Shown: positions 12,361 through 20,364 of the stretch, piece by piece | Position numbering within the stretch: the first letter of the stretch is position 1 | How the letters are laid out: each line of letters opens with the position of its first letter | DNA from: Vicinamibacterales bacterium | Lineage (GTDB): Bacteria; Acidobacteriota; Vicinamibacteria; Vicinamibacterales; CAVVIG01 | Reading direction: 5' to 3' | Assembly: GCA_035571855.1 (NCBI GenBank) | Contig: DATNBT010000447.1 | Span: 1 to 34,716 of the forward strand | DNA length: 34,716 bases | Program-made: the position numbers and the translations under genes | Notes under the pieces: generated by a model | Told to the model about the DNA's origin: nothing | The model's input: the letters and a program-made list of their open reading frames with translations, nothing else | Databases searched by the model: none

Positions 12361-12402
12361 ATCCGCTGCGAACTGTAAGACGCGCCGTTATTTACGCCAA
12401 GC

Positions 12403-13041
12403 TCAAGCGCGGGACCAGCCGACGAGCGAGAGGAATTCCGCGAGCACCATCGCCGTCGCGCCCCAGATCTCCACGCCGCTCACACGGAATGCCGGTACGT
12501 CGATGCGACGCCCGTCGCGTTCGCGCGTCGTCTGCACGATCGCCGCGGGCGCCGAGAGATCGTCGATCGCAACGTCGAGGATTTTCGCGACCTCGCCGTC
12601 GTGCGGCGTCAGCGGCGGACGCGCGCCGGTGAGGCCGACGATCGGATGCAGACGGAATCCGCTCACGGGTATGTCGATCGGCGTGAGCGCGCCTGCGATG
12701 CGCACGAGCGCCGGATCGAGCGCGATTTCTTCGTGCGCCTCGCGCAGCGCGGCGTGCGCGTACGATTCGCCCGGCTCGATGACGCCGCCCGGCAGCGACA
12801 CCTGGCCGCCGTGACGGCCCAGCGTGTCCGCACGAACCGTGAGCACCACATGCGGGCGGTCCGTGGCGTCAGGAAAGACGAGCAGGAGACCGGCGGCATT
12901 CCGAACGGTCGGTGGCGGCATGCCGTCAGGCCACGCGCGGCGCGGCTGCGGCGACATCAGCGCGTGCGCGTCCGCACCGGGCAGCGGTTTTGCCAGAGCC
13001 GAGAGCAGGTCGGCGGAGAGCGTCGAAAATGCGCGGGTCAC
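12403..13041 (-). CDS. NUDIX hydrolase (CoA pyrophosphatase-like)
   Basis: 212 aa. Nudix box GGVIEPGESYAHAALREAHEEIAL (GX5EX7REUXEEXGU), preceded by GGQVSLPGG as in the NudL/CoA pyrophosphatase subgroup. Confidence 0.85.
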   Translation of the reverse strand: MTRAFSTLSADLLSALAKPLPGADAHALMSPQPRRAWPDGMPPPTVRNAAGLLLVFPDATDRPHVVLTVRADTLGRHGGQVSLPGGVIEPGESYAHAALREAHEEIALDPALVRIAGALTPIDIPVSGFRLHPIVGLTGARPPLTPHDGEVAKILDVAIDDLSAPAAIVQTTRERDGRRIDVPAFRVSGVEIWGATAMVLAEFLSLVGWSRA

Positions 13042-13255
13042 GCGTGGTTGTGCTGAACGGAAAGCGTAACTGCTAACGTGAAGCGTAAAGGTCCGTGTGT
13101 CGTCATTCTAGTGTGATTGCACGATCCGCAAAATTGGAGCACCGAGCTCTTCAGGAAAAATGTTTCAGACGCGATATTTCGGCGGTTCGAGCGCTCTCGG
13201 TAGAATGAAGGGAACCGACGTGCGATTGCGGATTCTGGCAGAAACAGCGCGAGCC

Positions 13256-13762
13256 ATGGCGGCGGGAGTGACCAACGTCGCATTCGGACGCCACGTCGTG
13301 TCACCGGTGGTGCTCCGCGTTGGTGACGTCGCTCCCGACTTCACACTGCCGGCATCGGACGGCGTGACGTACCGGCTCGGCGACTTTCGCGAACGCAAGG
13401 CCGTCGTCATCGCCTGGTTTCCGAAGGCGTTCACGGGCGGATGCACGGCCGAATGTCGATCACTCAGCGCATTCGGCCAGGCGTTCGGACGCGCGAACGT
13501 GCAGTGTTTCGCGGCGAGCGTGGACACGCCCCGCACCAACGCGGAGTTCGCCGAAGCGCTGCAGCTCACGTGCCCGATTCTGAGTGATCCCGCCAAGGAT
13601 GTGGCCCGGGCCTACGGTGTGCTCGGTCCGAGCGGATTTGCCTCGCGCTGGACGTTTTACGTCGGCGCGGACGGCCGCATTCTCGACATTGACACAAGGG
13701 TCAAAGCCTCGTCGCATGGACGCGACGTCGCCGCCCGATTGAGCGAACTCGGTATCTCATGA
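13256..13762 (+). CDS. Peroxiredoxin (Bcp/AhpC-TSA family thiol peroxidase)
   Basis: VGDVAPDFTLPASDG...KAVVIAWFPKAFTGGCTAECRS is the peroxidatic Cys motif (FTxxCT). The start is ambiguous. The ORF opens at 13160, but GC3 is low before about 13250. Candidate starts are 13160, 13205, 13220 (GTG), 13256 and 13298 (GTG). Confidence 0.85.
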   Translation: MAAGVTNVAFGRHVVSPVVLRVGDVAPDFTLPASDGVTYRLGDFRERKAVVIAWFPKAFTGGCTAECRSLSAFGQAFGRANVQCFAASVDTPRTNAEFAEALQLTCPILSDPAKDVARAYGVLGPSGFASRWTFYVGADGRILDIDTRVKASSHGRDVAARLSELGIS

Positions 13763-16167
13763 CACTTCTTGATCGCTTCCGTACTCAACCTCAGCGCGAT
13801 CCCGACCCGGCCGTGCGCCTGGCGTGGCTGGCTGAGCTGCCCATCACCGAACGCGAGCAGATCGTTTCGACCGCACGCGAAGACGAAGACCCCAGAGTCA
13901 GAAAAGCCGCCGTCGGCAAGCTGCTGGATCCCGCCGAGCTCGCCGCCATCGCGCGCGACGACGCCGACGCGTCGGTGCGCGAGGCCTCGGTGACGATGCT
14001 GCGCGACATCGCGCTCGATGCCTTCGAAGGCGTGGACGAGCAGGCGAGCCTGGCCGCCGTCGACGCGCTCGGCGACGCGCGCACGCTCGCGCAGATCGCG
14101 AAGACGTCGCTGCGCGAGTCCGTGGCGCGGCGCGCGTTCGATCGGCTGGACGCCGGCGCGGCGGGCGTGATGGCGTCGGTCGCGCGGCAGGCCGAGCTCG
14201 AGCCGGTTCGTCTCTCGGCGTTCGAGCGCCTGCACGCGCGAGAGGATTTTCTCGGCCTTGCGATGCACTGCGACTTCAAGGACACGGCGTCCGCCGCCGT
14301 CGACCGGCTGAGCGATCGCGAAGACCTCGAGCAGGTCGCCGAACGCGCGAAGAACAAGGCCGCGGGCAAGCGCGCGCGCCAGATGCTGCGAGAGCGCGAT
14401 GAAGAAGCCGCCCGCGTGGCGGCCGAGGCGCGGGCTGAAGAAGACGAGCGCGCGGCGGCGATGCGTGAAGAGGCGGCGCGCGCCGAAGCGGCCGCGCGGA
14501 TCGCGGCCGAAGCCGTCACGGCCGAAGAAGCCGCGGCCCGCGAACGCGAGCAGGCCGAGCGGACGGCGCAGGAAGACTCCGCGCGACGCGAACGCGACGC
14601 GGCCGCACAGGCCGCGACCGAGGCCGATCGGGAAGCGGCGGCCCGCGAAGCCGAGCGCCGCCGCGTCAACGAGGAGAACGAAGCCAGGGCCAGGCGCGAC
14701 GGCCTCAACCGGATGAATCAGCTGCTCGGCCGCGTCGAGGCGCTGATGCAGAAGGAAGATCTGTCGCTCAAAGCCGCCGACCGCGCGCTGCGCGACGTGC
14801 GTGCCGCGCTCGAGGACGTCCCGCCGCTGCCGTCGCGCCAGGACTTCGAGCAGGTGAACACCCGTCTGAAGGCCGCGCAGGAGGCGCTCGCCCCGCGCGT
14901 CCGCGACCTGCGCGAGGTCGCCGACTGGCAGCGCTGGGCCAACGTCGGCATCCAGGAACAGCTGTGCGAGAAGATGGAAGCGCTGCGCGAGGAGAAAGAT
15001 CCCGAAGCGATCGCGCGCCGCATCCACGAGCTGCAGCAGCAGTGGCGGCTCGCCGCCGACGTGCCGCGGCCGCAGGGCGAGACGCTCTGGAAGCGCTTCA
15101 AGGGCGCGCACGACGAGCTCTGGGCGCGCTGCGAAGCGCACTTCGCGAGCCAGGCCGAAGAACGCGCCGCGAATCTGCAGAAGAAGGCCGCGCTCTGCGA
15201 ACGCGCCGAAGCGCTCGCCGGCTCGAGCAACTGGATTCAGACCGCTGAAGAGATCAAGGGCCTGCAGGGACAGTGGAAGGCCGTGGGACCCGTGACGCGT
15301 GGACAGGAAAAGGCGGTCTGGGAACGTTTCCGCGCCGCCTGCGACAGGTTCTTCACGCGCCGCCAGGAAGATCTCGCGAAGCGCAAGGTCCTGTGGACCG
15401 AGAACTTCGCGAAGAAGGAAGCGCTGTGCCAGAAGGTCGAAGCGCTCGCCGAGTCGACCGACTGGGAAGCGACGGCCGGTGAAATCAGGAAGCTTCAGGC
15501 CGAATGGAAGACGATCGGCGCCGTGAAGAAGACCCGGTCCGAAGCGATCTGGCAGCGGTTCCGCGCCGCGTGCGACAAGTTCTTCGCGCGCTACGCCTCC
15601 CGCCACGACATCGCGAAGGCGGAGCGCGTCGCCGCGCGTGAAGCGATCTGCACCGAGCTCGAAGGGATCGCGGCACACGACGGCGCCGAGCCGCCCGCCG
15701 AGCTCGCCTCCACCGTGCGCGGTCTTCGCAACACGTGGCAGCAGGAAATCGCCGCCCGCGGCGTCAGCCGCGACCAGGCGGTGGAGCTCGATCGCCGCTA
15801 CGCCGACGCGTGCCGGTCGATCATCTCGCGCTGGCCGGCGGCGTTCGCGGGCACCGATCTCGATCCCGAAGCCAATCGCAAGCGCATGGAATCGATCGTG
15901 AAGCGGATGGAGGATCTCGCGGCGTCGATGCGCGGGTCGCCGTCACAGCAGAGCATGTCGCCGACCGAGCGTCTCGCGGCCATGCTGAAGGAATCGCTCG
16001 CCGCCAACACGATCGGCGGCAAGGCGGATCCCGAAGCGCGACGGCGCGCCGCGCAGGACGACGTGCGGCAGGCGCAGGCGAGCTGGTCGAGGATCGGGTT
16101 CGTGCCGGACGAGGCGCGCCGGGAGCTGACCGATCGCTTCCAGCGCGCCGTGAGAGAAATCCTGTAG
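13759..16167 (+). CDS. DUF349 repeat protein with N-terminal HEAT-like repeats and an Ala/Glu/Arg-rich coiled region
   Basis: 802 aa. HEAT-like repeats at the N-terminus (DPDPAVRLAW, DEDPRVRKAAVGKL, DADASVREASV). A low-complexity AEAR-rich segment spans about aa 215-310. About 5-6 repeats of the DUF349 signature follow (WKRFKGAHDELWARCEAHF, VWERFRAACDRFFTRR, IWQRFRAACDKFFARY). Its ATG overlaps the peroxiredoxin TGA (ATGA at 13759-13762). Confidence 0.85.
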   Translation: MTLLDRFRTQPQRDPDPAVRLAWLAELPITEREQIVSTAREDEDPRVRKAAVGKLLDPAELAAIARDDADASVREASVTMLRDIALDAFEGVDEQASLAAVDALGDARTLAQIAKTSLRESVARRAFDRLDAGAAGVMASVARQAELEPVRLSAFERLHAREDFLGLAMHCDFKDTASAAVDRLSDREDLEQVAERAKNKAAGKRARQMLRERDEEAARVAAEARAEEDERAAAMREEAARAEAAARIAAEAVTAEEAAAREREQAERTAQEDSARRERDAAAQAATEADREAAAREAERRRVNEENEARARRDGLNRMNQLLGRVEALMQKEDLSLKAADRALRDVRAALEDVPPLPSRQDFEQVNTRLKAAQEALAPRVRDLREVADWQRWANVGIQEQLCEKMEALREEKDPEAIARRIHELQQQWRLAADVPRPQGETLWKRFKGAHDELWARCEAHFASQAEERAANLQKKAALCERAEALAGSSNWIQTAEEIKGLQGQWKAVGPVTRGQEKAVWERFRAACDRFFTRRQEDLAKRKVLWTENFAKKEALCQKVEALAESTDWEATAGEIRKLQAEWKTIGAVKKTRSEAIWQRFRAACDKFFARYASRHDIAKAERVAAREAICTELEGIAAHDGAEPPAELASTVRGLRNTWQQEIAARGVSRDQAVELDRRYADACRSIISRWPAAFAGTDLDPEANRKRMESIVKRMEDLAASMRGSPSQQSMSPTERLAAMLKESLAANTIGGKADPEARRRAAQDDVRQAQASWSRIGFVPDEARRELTDRFQRAVREIL

Positions 16168-16212
16168 TACAGGCCTTCAGGCCTGTCAGGCAGACCTGAA
16201 GGTCCGCACTAC
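16164..16212. terminator. Bidirectional terminator made of two inverted REP-like palindromic units
   Basis: The sequence is GTAGTACAGGCCTTCAGGCCTG TCAGG CAGACCTGAAGGTCCGCACTAC. Each unit has its own hairpin (AGGCCT-TC-AGGCCT; GACCT-GA-AGGTC), and CCTTCAGG/CCTGAAGG can pair across the two units. The outer arms contain the TAG stops of both convergent genes. Confidence 0.6.
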
Positions 16213-17009
16213 TTGAAATCGAGCAATTCGACGTCGAAGACGAGCATCCCGTACGGTGCCTGCTTTCCGCCGTACGCGAGGTCCTGCGGGATCCAGAACC
16301 GCGCCTTCTCGCCCTGCACCATCAGCTGCAGGCCTTCGGTCCATCCCTTGATCACGCCGTCGAGGCCGAACGAGATCGGCATCCCGCGCGCGACCGAGCT
16401 GTCGAACAGTTTGCCGTCGGTCGTCCACCCGCTGTAGTGCACGGTCACCATGCTGCTGGCGCTCGGATGCCGCGTGCCGGTGCCGGCCTTCAGCACTTTG
16501 TACGCGAGACCGCTCGGCGTCTTCTTCGCGTCGGGCGGCACCGCCTTGACGTCGACCGGTGTCACCGGCGCGCCGATGAACGAGATCAACTCGACGTCGA
16601 ACACCAGCATGCCCTTCGGCTCGCGCTGGCCTTTGTACGCGAGCGCTTCGGGAATCCAGAAACGGCGCTTCTCGCCTTCGACCATCAGCTGCAGGCCTTC
16701 GGTCCAGCCGGCGATCACCCGGTTGAGGGGGAAGCTGGCGGGCTTGCCGCGGAGCACCGAGCTGTCGAACATCGATCCGTCCGTCTTCCATCCCGTGTAG
16801 TGCACGGTCACGGTGTCGGCCGGGCCCGGATGCTCCTTGCCCTTGCCGGGCGTGATGACCTTCGAGGCCAGGCCGGACGCGGTCTTCTGCGCGTCGGCCG
16901 GCGGCGCCTTCACGTCGGGCGGCGGCGTCGCCACCGAAACCTTCGGTTCCTGCGCGAACAGCGGCGCGGCCATCACGAGCGAGAGTGCGAGAAACGACAA
17001 CATGCGCAT
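16209..17009 (-). CDS. Periplasmic FKBP-type peptidyl-prolyl cis-trans isomerase with two tandem FKBP domains
   Basis: Two FKBP cores are present (TVHYTGWKTDGSMFDSS...GWTEGLQLMVEGEKRRFWIP...LVFDVELISF and TVHYSGWTTDGKLFDSS...GWTEGLQLMVQGEKARFWIP...LVFDVELLDF). I chose the start at MRMLSFLALSLVMAAPLFAQ (signal peptide). The track ORF extension to 17444 has no coding support. Confidence 0.9.
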   Translation of the reverse strand: MRMLSFLALSLVMAAPLFAQEPKVSVATPPPDVKAPPADAQKTASGLASKVITPGKGKEHPGPADTVTVHYTGWKTDGSMFDSSVLRGKPASFPLNRVIAGWTEGLQLMVEGEKRRFWIPEALAYKGQREPKGMLVFDVELISFIGAPVTPVDVKAVPPDAKKTPSGLAYKVLKAGTGTRHPSASSMVTVHYSGWTTDGKLFDSSVARGMPISFGLDGVIKGWTEGLQLMVQGEKARFWIPQDLAYGGKQAPYGMLVFDVELLDFK

Positions 17010-17165
17010 GTGCTGATGATCCTTTCGACCGAGCATTGTACTTGTGATATCTTGCCGCCCGTACCTAGCGGGTCCCACCTCTTCAACAAGGGTCCCTACC
17101 TTCGCGCCGTTCTCGCCGGCGCGCGGATGTAGGAGAACGCGAGCACACATGAAAGGTGTGCGCCC

Positions 17166-17585
17166 ATGACCCTCATGCTCAAGAAACTGACGCCGAACCT
17201 GCTCGTGGACGATGTCGAGCGAAGCCTGACGTTCTACACGGACGTGCTGGGCTTCGCGCGCGGCATGACGGTGCCGCCGGATGCACCGCCGCCGTACGTC
17301 TTCGGATCGGTCGTCAGCGGCAGCGTCGAGATCTTCTTCAACGAGAAGCACGTCGCGTCGAAGGAATATCCGGCGTTCGCCGGCAAACCGCTCGGCGCGA
17401 CCGGCACGATGTTCATCGAGATGGACAATGTCGACGCGCTGCACGATCGGCTGAAGCCGAAGGTCTCGATCGTGATGCCGCTGGTGAAGCAGTGGTACGG
17501 CCTGAAGGAGTTCGCGATTGCCGACCCCGACGGCTACATCATTACTTTCGCTGAGCGCGTTGCAGCTGATCCAGCTTCTGCTTAA
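17166..17585 (+). CDS. VOC family protein (glyoxalase/bleomycin-resistance fold)
   Basis: 139 aa. The pattern LTPNLLVDDVERSLTFYTDVLGF...FIEMDNVDALHDRLK...WYGLKEFAIADPDGYIITFAE is typical of single-domain VOC/glyoxalase-like proteins. Confidence 0.8.
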   Translation: MTLMLKKLTPNLLVDDVERSLTFYTDVLGFARGMTVPPDAPPPYVFGSVVSGSVEIFFNEKHVASKEYPAFAGKPLGATGTMFIEMDNVDALHDRLKPKVSIVMPLVKQWYGLKEFAIADPDGYIITFAERVAADPASA

Positions 17586-20364
17586 GCGACTCTAACCGCT
17601 GGCCGGCCTCGCCGAGTTTGCCGTCCGCCGTGAGGCGCTGGTAATCGGCGAGGTCTTTTGCCGCGTTGGTGATCAACGCGCCGGTGTCCGGCGCCGCGGC
17701 AGGCGAGGCCGCGGCCGCGCGTCCTGTCTGCCCCGCCGCTCCACCCTGTGCCACCTGTTCGGGGAGCGCCTGTCCGAATAAACCGGCGAGCGCGGCCTCG
17801 AACGTCGGTCCGTACGCGAGCTTGTCCTGGAGCGCGAGCACGACGATGCGGAGCTCCGGCATCGGGCTGCGTTCGGCCTGCAGATAAATCGGCTCGGCGT
17901 AGAGAAGGCCGCGGCCCATGGGAATCACGAGCAGGCTTCCGCGCACGACGCGCGAGCCCTGCTGATTCCACAGCGAGAACTGTCCCGAGAGCTGCGGGTT
18001 CTGATCGATCCGCGCTTCGACCTGCAGCGGGCCGTCCACCGTCTTGTCTTTCGAAAAGCTGTACGCGACGAGGGTGCCGTACTTGTCGCCGTCGCTGCGT
18101 CCGGCGATCCAGCCGATCAGGTTGTTGCGGTTGCCGGGCGTGAACGGCAGGATCTCGACGAACTCGTCGGTGCGTTCGCCCGGCAGCGTCATGAGCACGA
18201 AGTTCGGCAGCATCGGCTGCGCCGCCTGGTCCTGGTTGTTGTTCCCCCGCACTTCGCTCGCGACCGTCCAGAGATCCTCACGGTTGTAGAACACGCCGGG
18301 ATCCGTCATGTGGTACAGGCCGTACACCGCCGCCTGCAGCTCCAGCTGGAGCTCGGGATACCGCACGTGTTTACGGAGGCCCTCTGGCATCTCCTTCGCG
18401 TCCTTGAAGAGCGACGGGAAAATCTCACGCCACGCGTTGATGATCGGATCGGTCGAATCGAACACGTACAGCGTCGTCGTCCCGTCGTACGCGTCGACGA
18501 CGGCCTTCACGCTGTTGCGGATGTAGTTGATCGTGCGGCGATCCAGCCGGTAGTGCCGTGAGTACGGGTACGACTCCGACGTGGTGAACGCGTCCATGAT
18601 CCAGCGCAGCCGGCCGTCTTCTCCGACGACCATGTAGGGGTCGCCGTCGAAGGTCAGGAATCCGCCGGCGAGCGCGTTCACGCGTTCACGCACGTTGCGC
18701 CGCATCAGCAGGCGGCTGTCCGCGCTGATGTCGTCGCTGAACGGGAGCTTGGCGAGATCGCCGCGATCGATCGCGATCAGCAGGCGCCGCAGGAATCCGC
18801 CGAGGACGACGCCGCCTTTGCCTTCGTAGGTCGTGACGCTGTTCGTGTCTCCCTGCGGGTAGTTGAACTCTTTCTGCCGCGTGTTCACGTACACGTCGTT
18901 GTTCGTCAACTCGCCGAAGTAGATCTCGGGACGCGTGACCTTGACGTTCGCCGTGCTCTGCACGGGCATGTTGCTGAGGAGGAACGTCGGCAGGCCTTCG
19001 GGCGTGAAGCCGTTGACCGGATTCATCGTGACGCCGTAGCCGTGCGTGTAGATCAGCTTCTCGTTGATCCAGTTGCGGCTGCTCTCGGGCAGCTTCTCGA
19101 TGCTCAGCTCGCGCGTGCCGAGCATGACCTGCCGTTCGCGGCCGTCGATCTGGTACCGGTCGATGTCGATGTCCGGGAAATCGTAGTACGTGCGGATTTC
19201 CTGAATCTGGCGGAGCGTGTCCTGCAGCGCGCGCCAGTCCCACAGGCGGATGTTGTCGAGCGTCGCGCGGTTGTTGGCGGCGTCGAGCGCCTCGACGCCG
19301 GTATCCGCCGGGAACGGACGCTGCGTGATGCGATTGAGGCCGAAGGCTTCGCGCGTCAGCTGGATGTTGTGCGCGATGTACGGGCTTTCGCGCACGAGCT
19401 CGTTCGGCTTCACGATGAAGCTGCTGACGTACCAGCTCAGCACCGAGACGACGATGTAGGCCGCGGCGGCCGGAACGACGGCGGCGATGAGCCAGCGAAG
19501 CTTCGGCGCCGCGACGGCGTTGACGAACGCGACGGCCGCGCCAAGCACCAGCGCGGCCGCGACGACGGTCAGTCCGGTCAGCGTGACGTGTGCGTCCGTG
19601 TAGCCGACGCCGGTGAAGATCGTCTGATCGTCGAAGAGCCGATCGAACCGGCCGAGCCAGACTCGCGCCGCCCAGGCCAGCAGCAGGATGCCGACCGCAC
19701 AGGAGAACCCGCGCAGCGGCAGCAGGCTGCCCTGGGTTTTTCCCCGGAGCTTGCCGACCAGCCGGCTGCCGCCGCCGACGACGGTGAAGAACACCGCGAT
19801 GACGCAGGCGATCACGGCCAGCGTCATCACCCAGCCCGAGACCAGATCGAGCGCCGGCAGCGTGAAGAGATAGAAGTCGAGCGGCCGGGCGAAGATCGGA
19901 TCGGCGATCGCCGTGCCGCCGGACGCGCTGCCCCCGTACCACGCGAGTGCGAGCGTGGGCCACTCGTCCATCATGCCGGCGCCGGTGACGAGCGCGACGA
20001 GCAGCGCGACGACGAGCGCGATGATGCGCAGGGCCGGCTCCATCGGGACCTGCACGGGCTGCCCATTGATAATGATCGTGCCGCCGCCCTCTCCGAGGTT
20101 GTCCGGCTTGAAGAGCAGGAACGATCCGTACAGCGCGATGAACGTCAGCAGCGTGAAGCCGCCGAACGTGAGCGCCTGGAAGTTCAGCGACCGCCAGAAG
20201 ACCGCGGAGTAGCCGAGCGACGAGAACCACAGCGCGTCGACGTAGTAGGAGAGCGTGGTGCCCGCGCTGAGAAACAGCACGACCACGGCGACGAGCAGGA
20301 CGATCCGGCCGCGCCGTTTTGGCGAAGGAGGACGCCGGGGCGGCCAGTCGATCGGTTCAGCCAT
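17542..20364 (-). CDS. UPF0182 family large membrane protein (COG1615)
   Basis: 940 aa. The N-terminus has about 7 TM segments beginning with YYVDALWFSSLGYSAVFWRSL, the family signature as I recall it, followed by a large extracytoplasmic domain. ATG at 20362-20364 abuts the upstream TAA at 20365-20367. Confidence 0.85.
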   Translation of the reverse strand: MAEPIDWPPRRPPSPKRRGRIVLLVAVVVLFLSAGTTLSYYVDALWFSSLGYSAVFWRSLNFQALTFGGFTLLTFIALYGSFLLFKPDNLGEGGGTIIINGQPVQVPMEPALRIIALVVALLVALVTGAGMMDEWPTLALAWYGGSASGGTAIADPIFARPLDFYLFTLPALDLVSGWVMTLAVIACVIAVFFTVVGGGSRLVGKLRGKTQGSLLPLRGFSCAVGILLLAWAARVWLGRFDRLFDDQTIFTGVGYTDAHVTLTGLTVVAAALVLGAAVAFVNAVAAPKLRWLIAAVVPAAAAYIVVSVLSWYVSSFIVKPNELVRESPYIAHNIQLTREAFGLNRITQRPFPADTGVEALDAANNRATLDNIRLWDWRALQDTLRQIQEIRTYYDFPDIDIDRYQIDGRERQVMLGTRELSIEKLPESSRNWINEKLIYTHGYGVTMNPVNGFTPEGLPTFLLSNMPVQSTANVKVTRPEIYFGELTNNDVYVNTRQKEFNYPQGDTNSVTTYEGKGGVVLGGFLRRLLIAIDRGDLAKLPFSDDISADSRLLMRRNVRERVNALAGGFLTFDGDPYMVVGEDGRLRWIMDAFTTSESYPYSRHYRLDRRTINYIRNSVKAVVDAYDGTTTLYVFDSTDPIINAWREIFPSLFKDAKEMPEGLRKHVRYPELQLELQAAVYGLYHMTDPGVFYNREDLWTVASEVRGNNNQDQAAQPMLPNFVLMTLPGERTDEFVEILPFTPGNRNNLIGWIAGRSDGDKYGTLVAYSFSKDKTVDGPLQVEARIDQNPQLSGQFSLWNQQGSRVVRGSLLVIPMGRGLLYAEPIYLQAERSPMPELRIVVLALQDKLAYGPTFEAALAGLFGQALPEQVAQGGAAGQTGRAAAASPAAAPDTGALITNAAKDLADYQRLTADGKLGEAGQRLESLKQKLDQLQRAQRK

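Noticed and set aside
12237-12402. Sigma-54 (GG-N10-GC) promoter or glutamine riboswitch upstream of the GS type III gene
   Set aside because: A TTGCA element is present, but there is no GG dinucleotide at the required -24 spacing. I could not recognise the glnA-RNA motif by eye. Only the palindrome is reported.
13657-15678. 673-aa ORF antisense to the DUF349 gene and the peroxiredoxin 3' end
   Set aside because: Same GC-bias artefact. The sense strand shows periodic DUF349 repeats and GC3-rich codons, and the antisense product is Arg/Gly/Leu-rich with no domain signature.
17010-17444. N-terminal extension of the FKBP ORF to 411 aa
   Set aside because: The extension lacks any domain, is Arg-rich, and would bury the obvious signal peptide MRMLSFLALSLVMAAPLFAQ. 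It also covers the divergent promoter region and overlaps the VOC gene.
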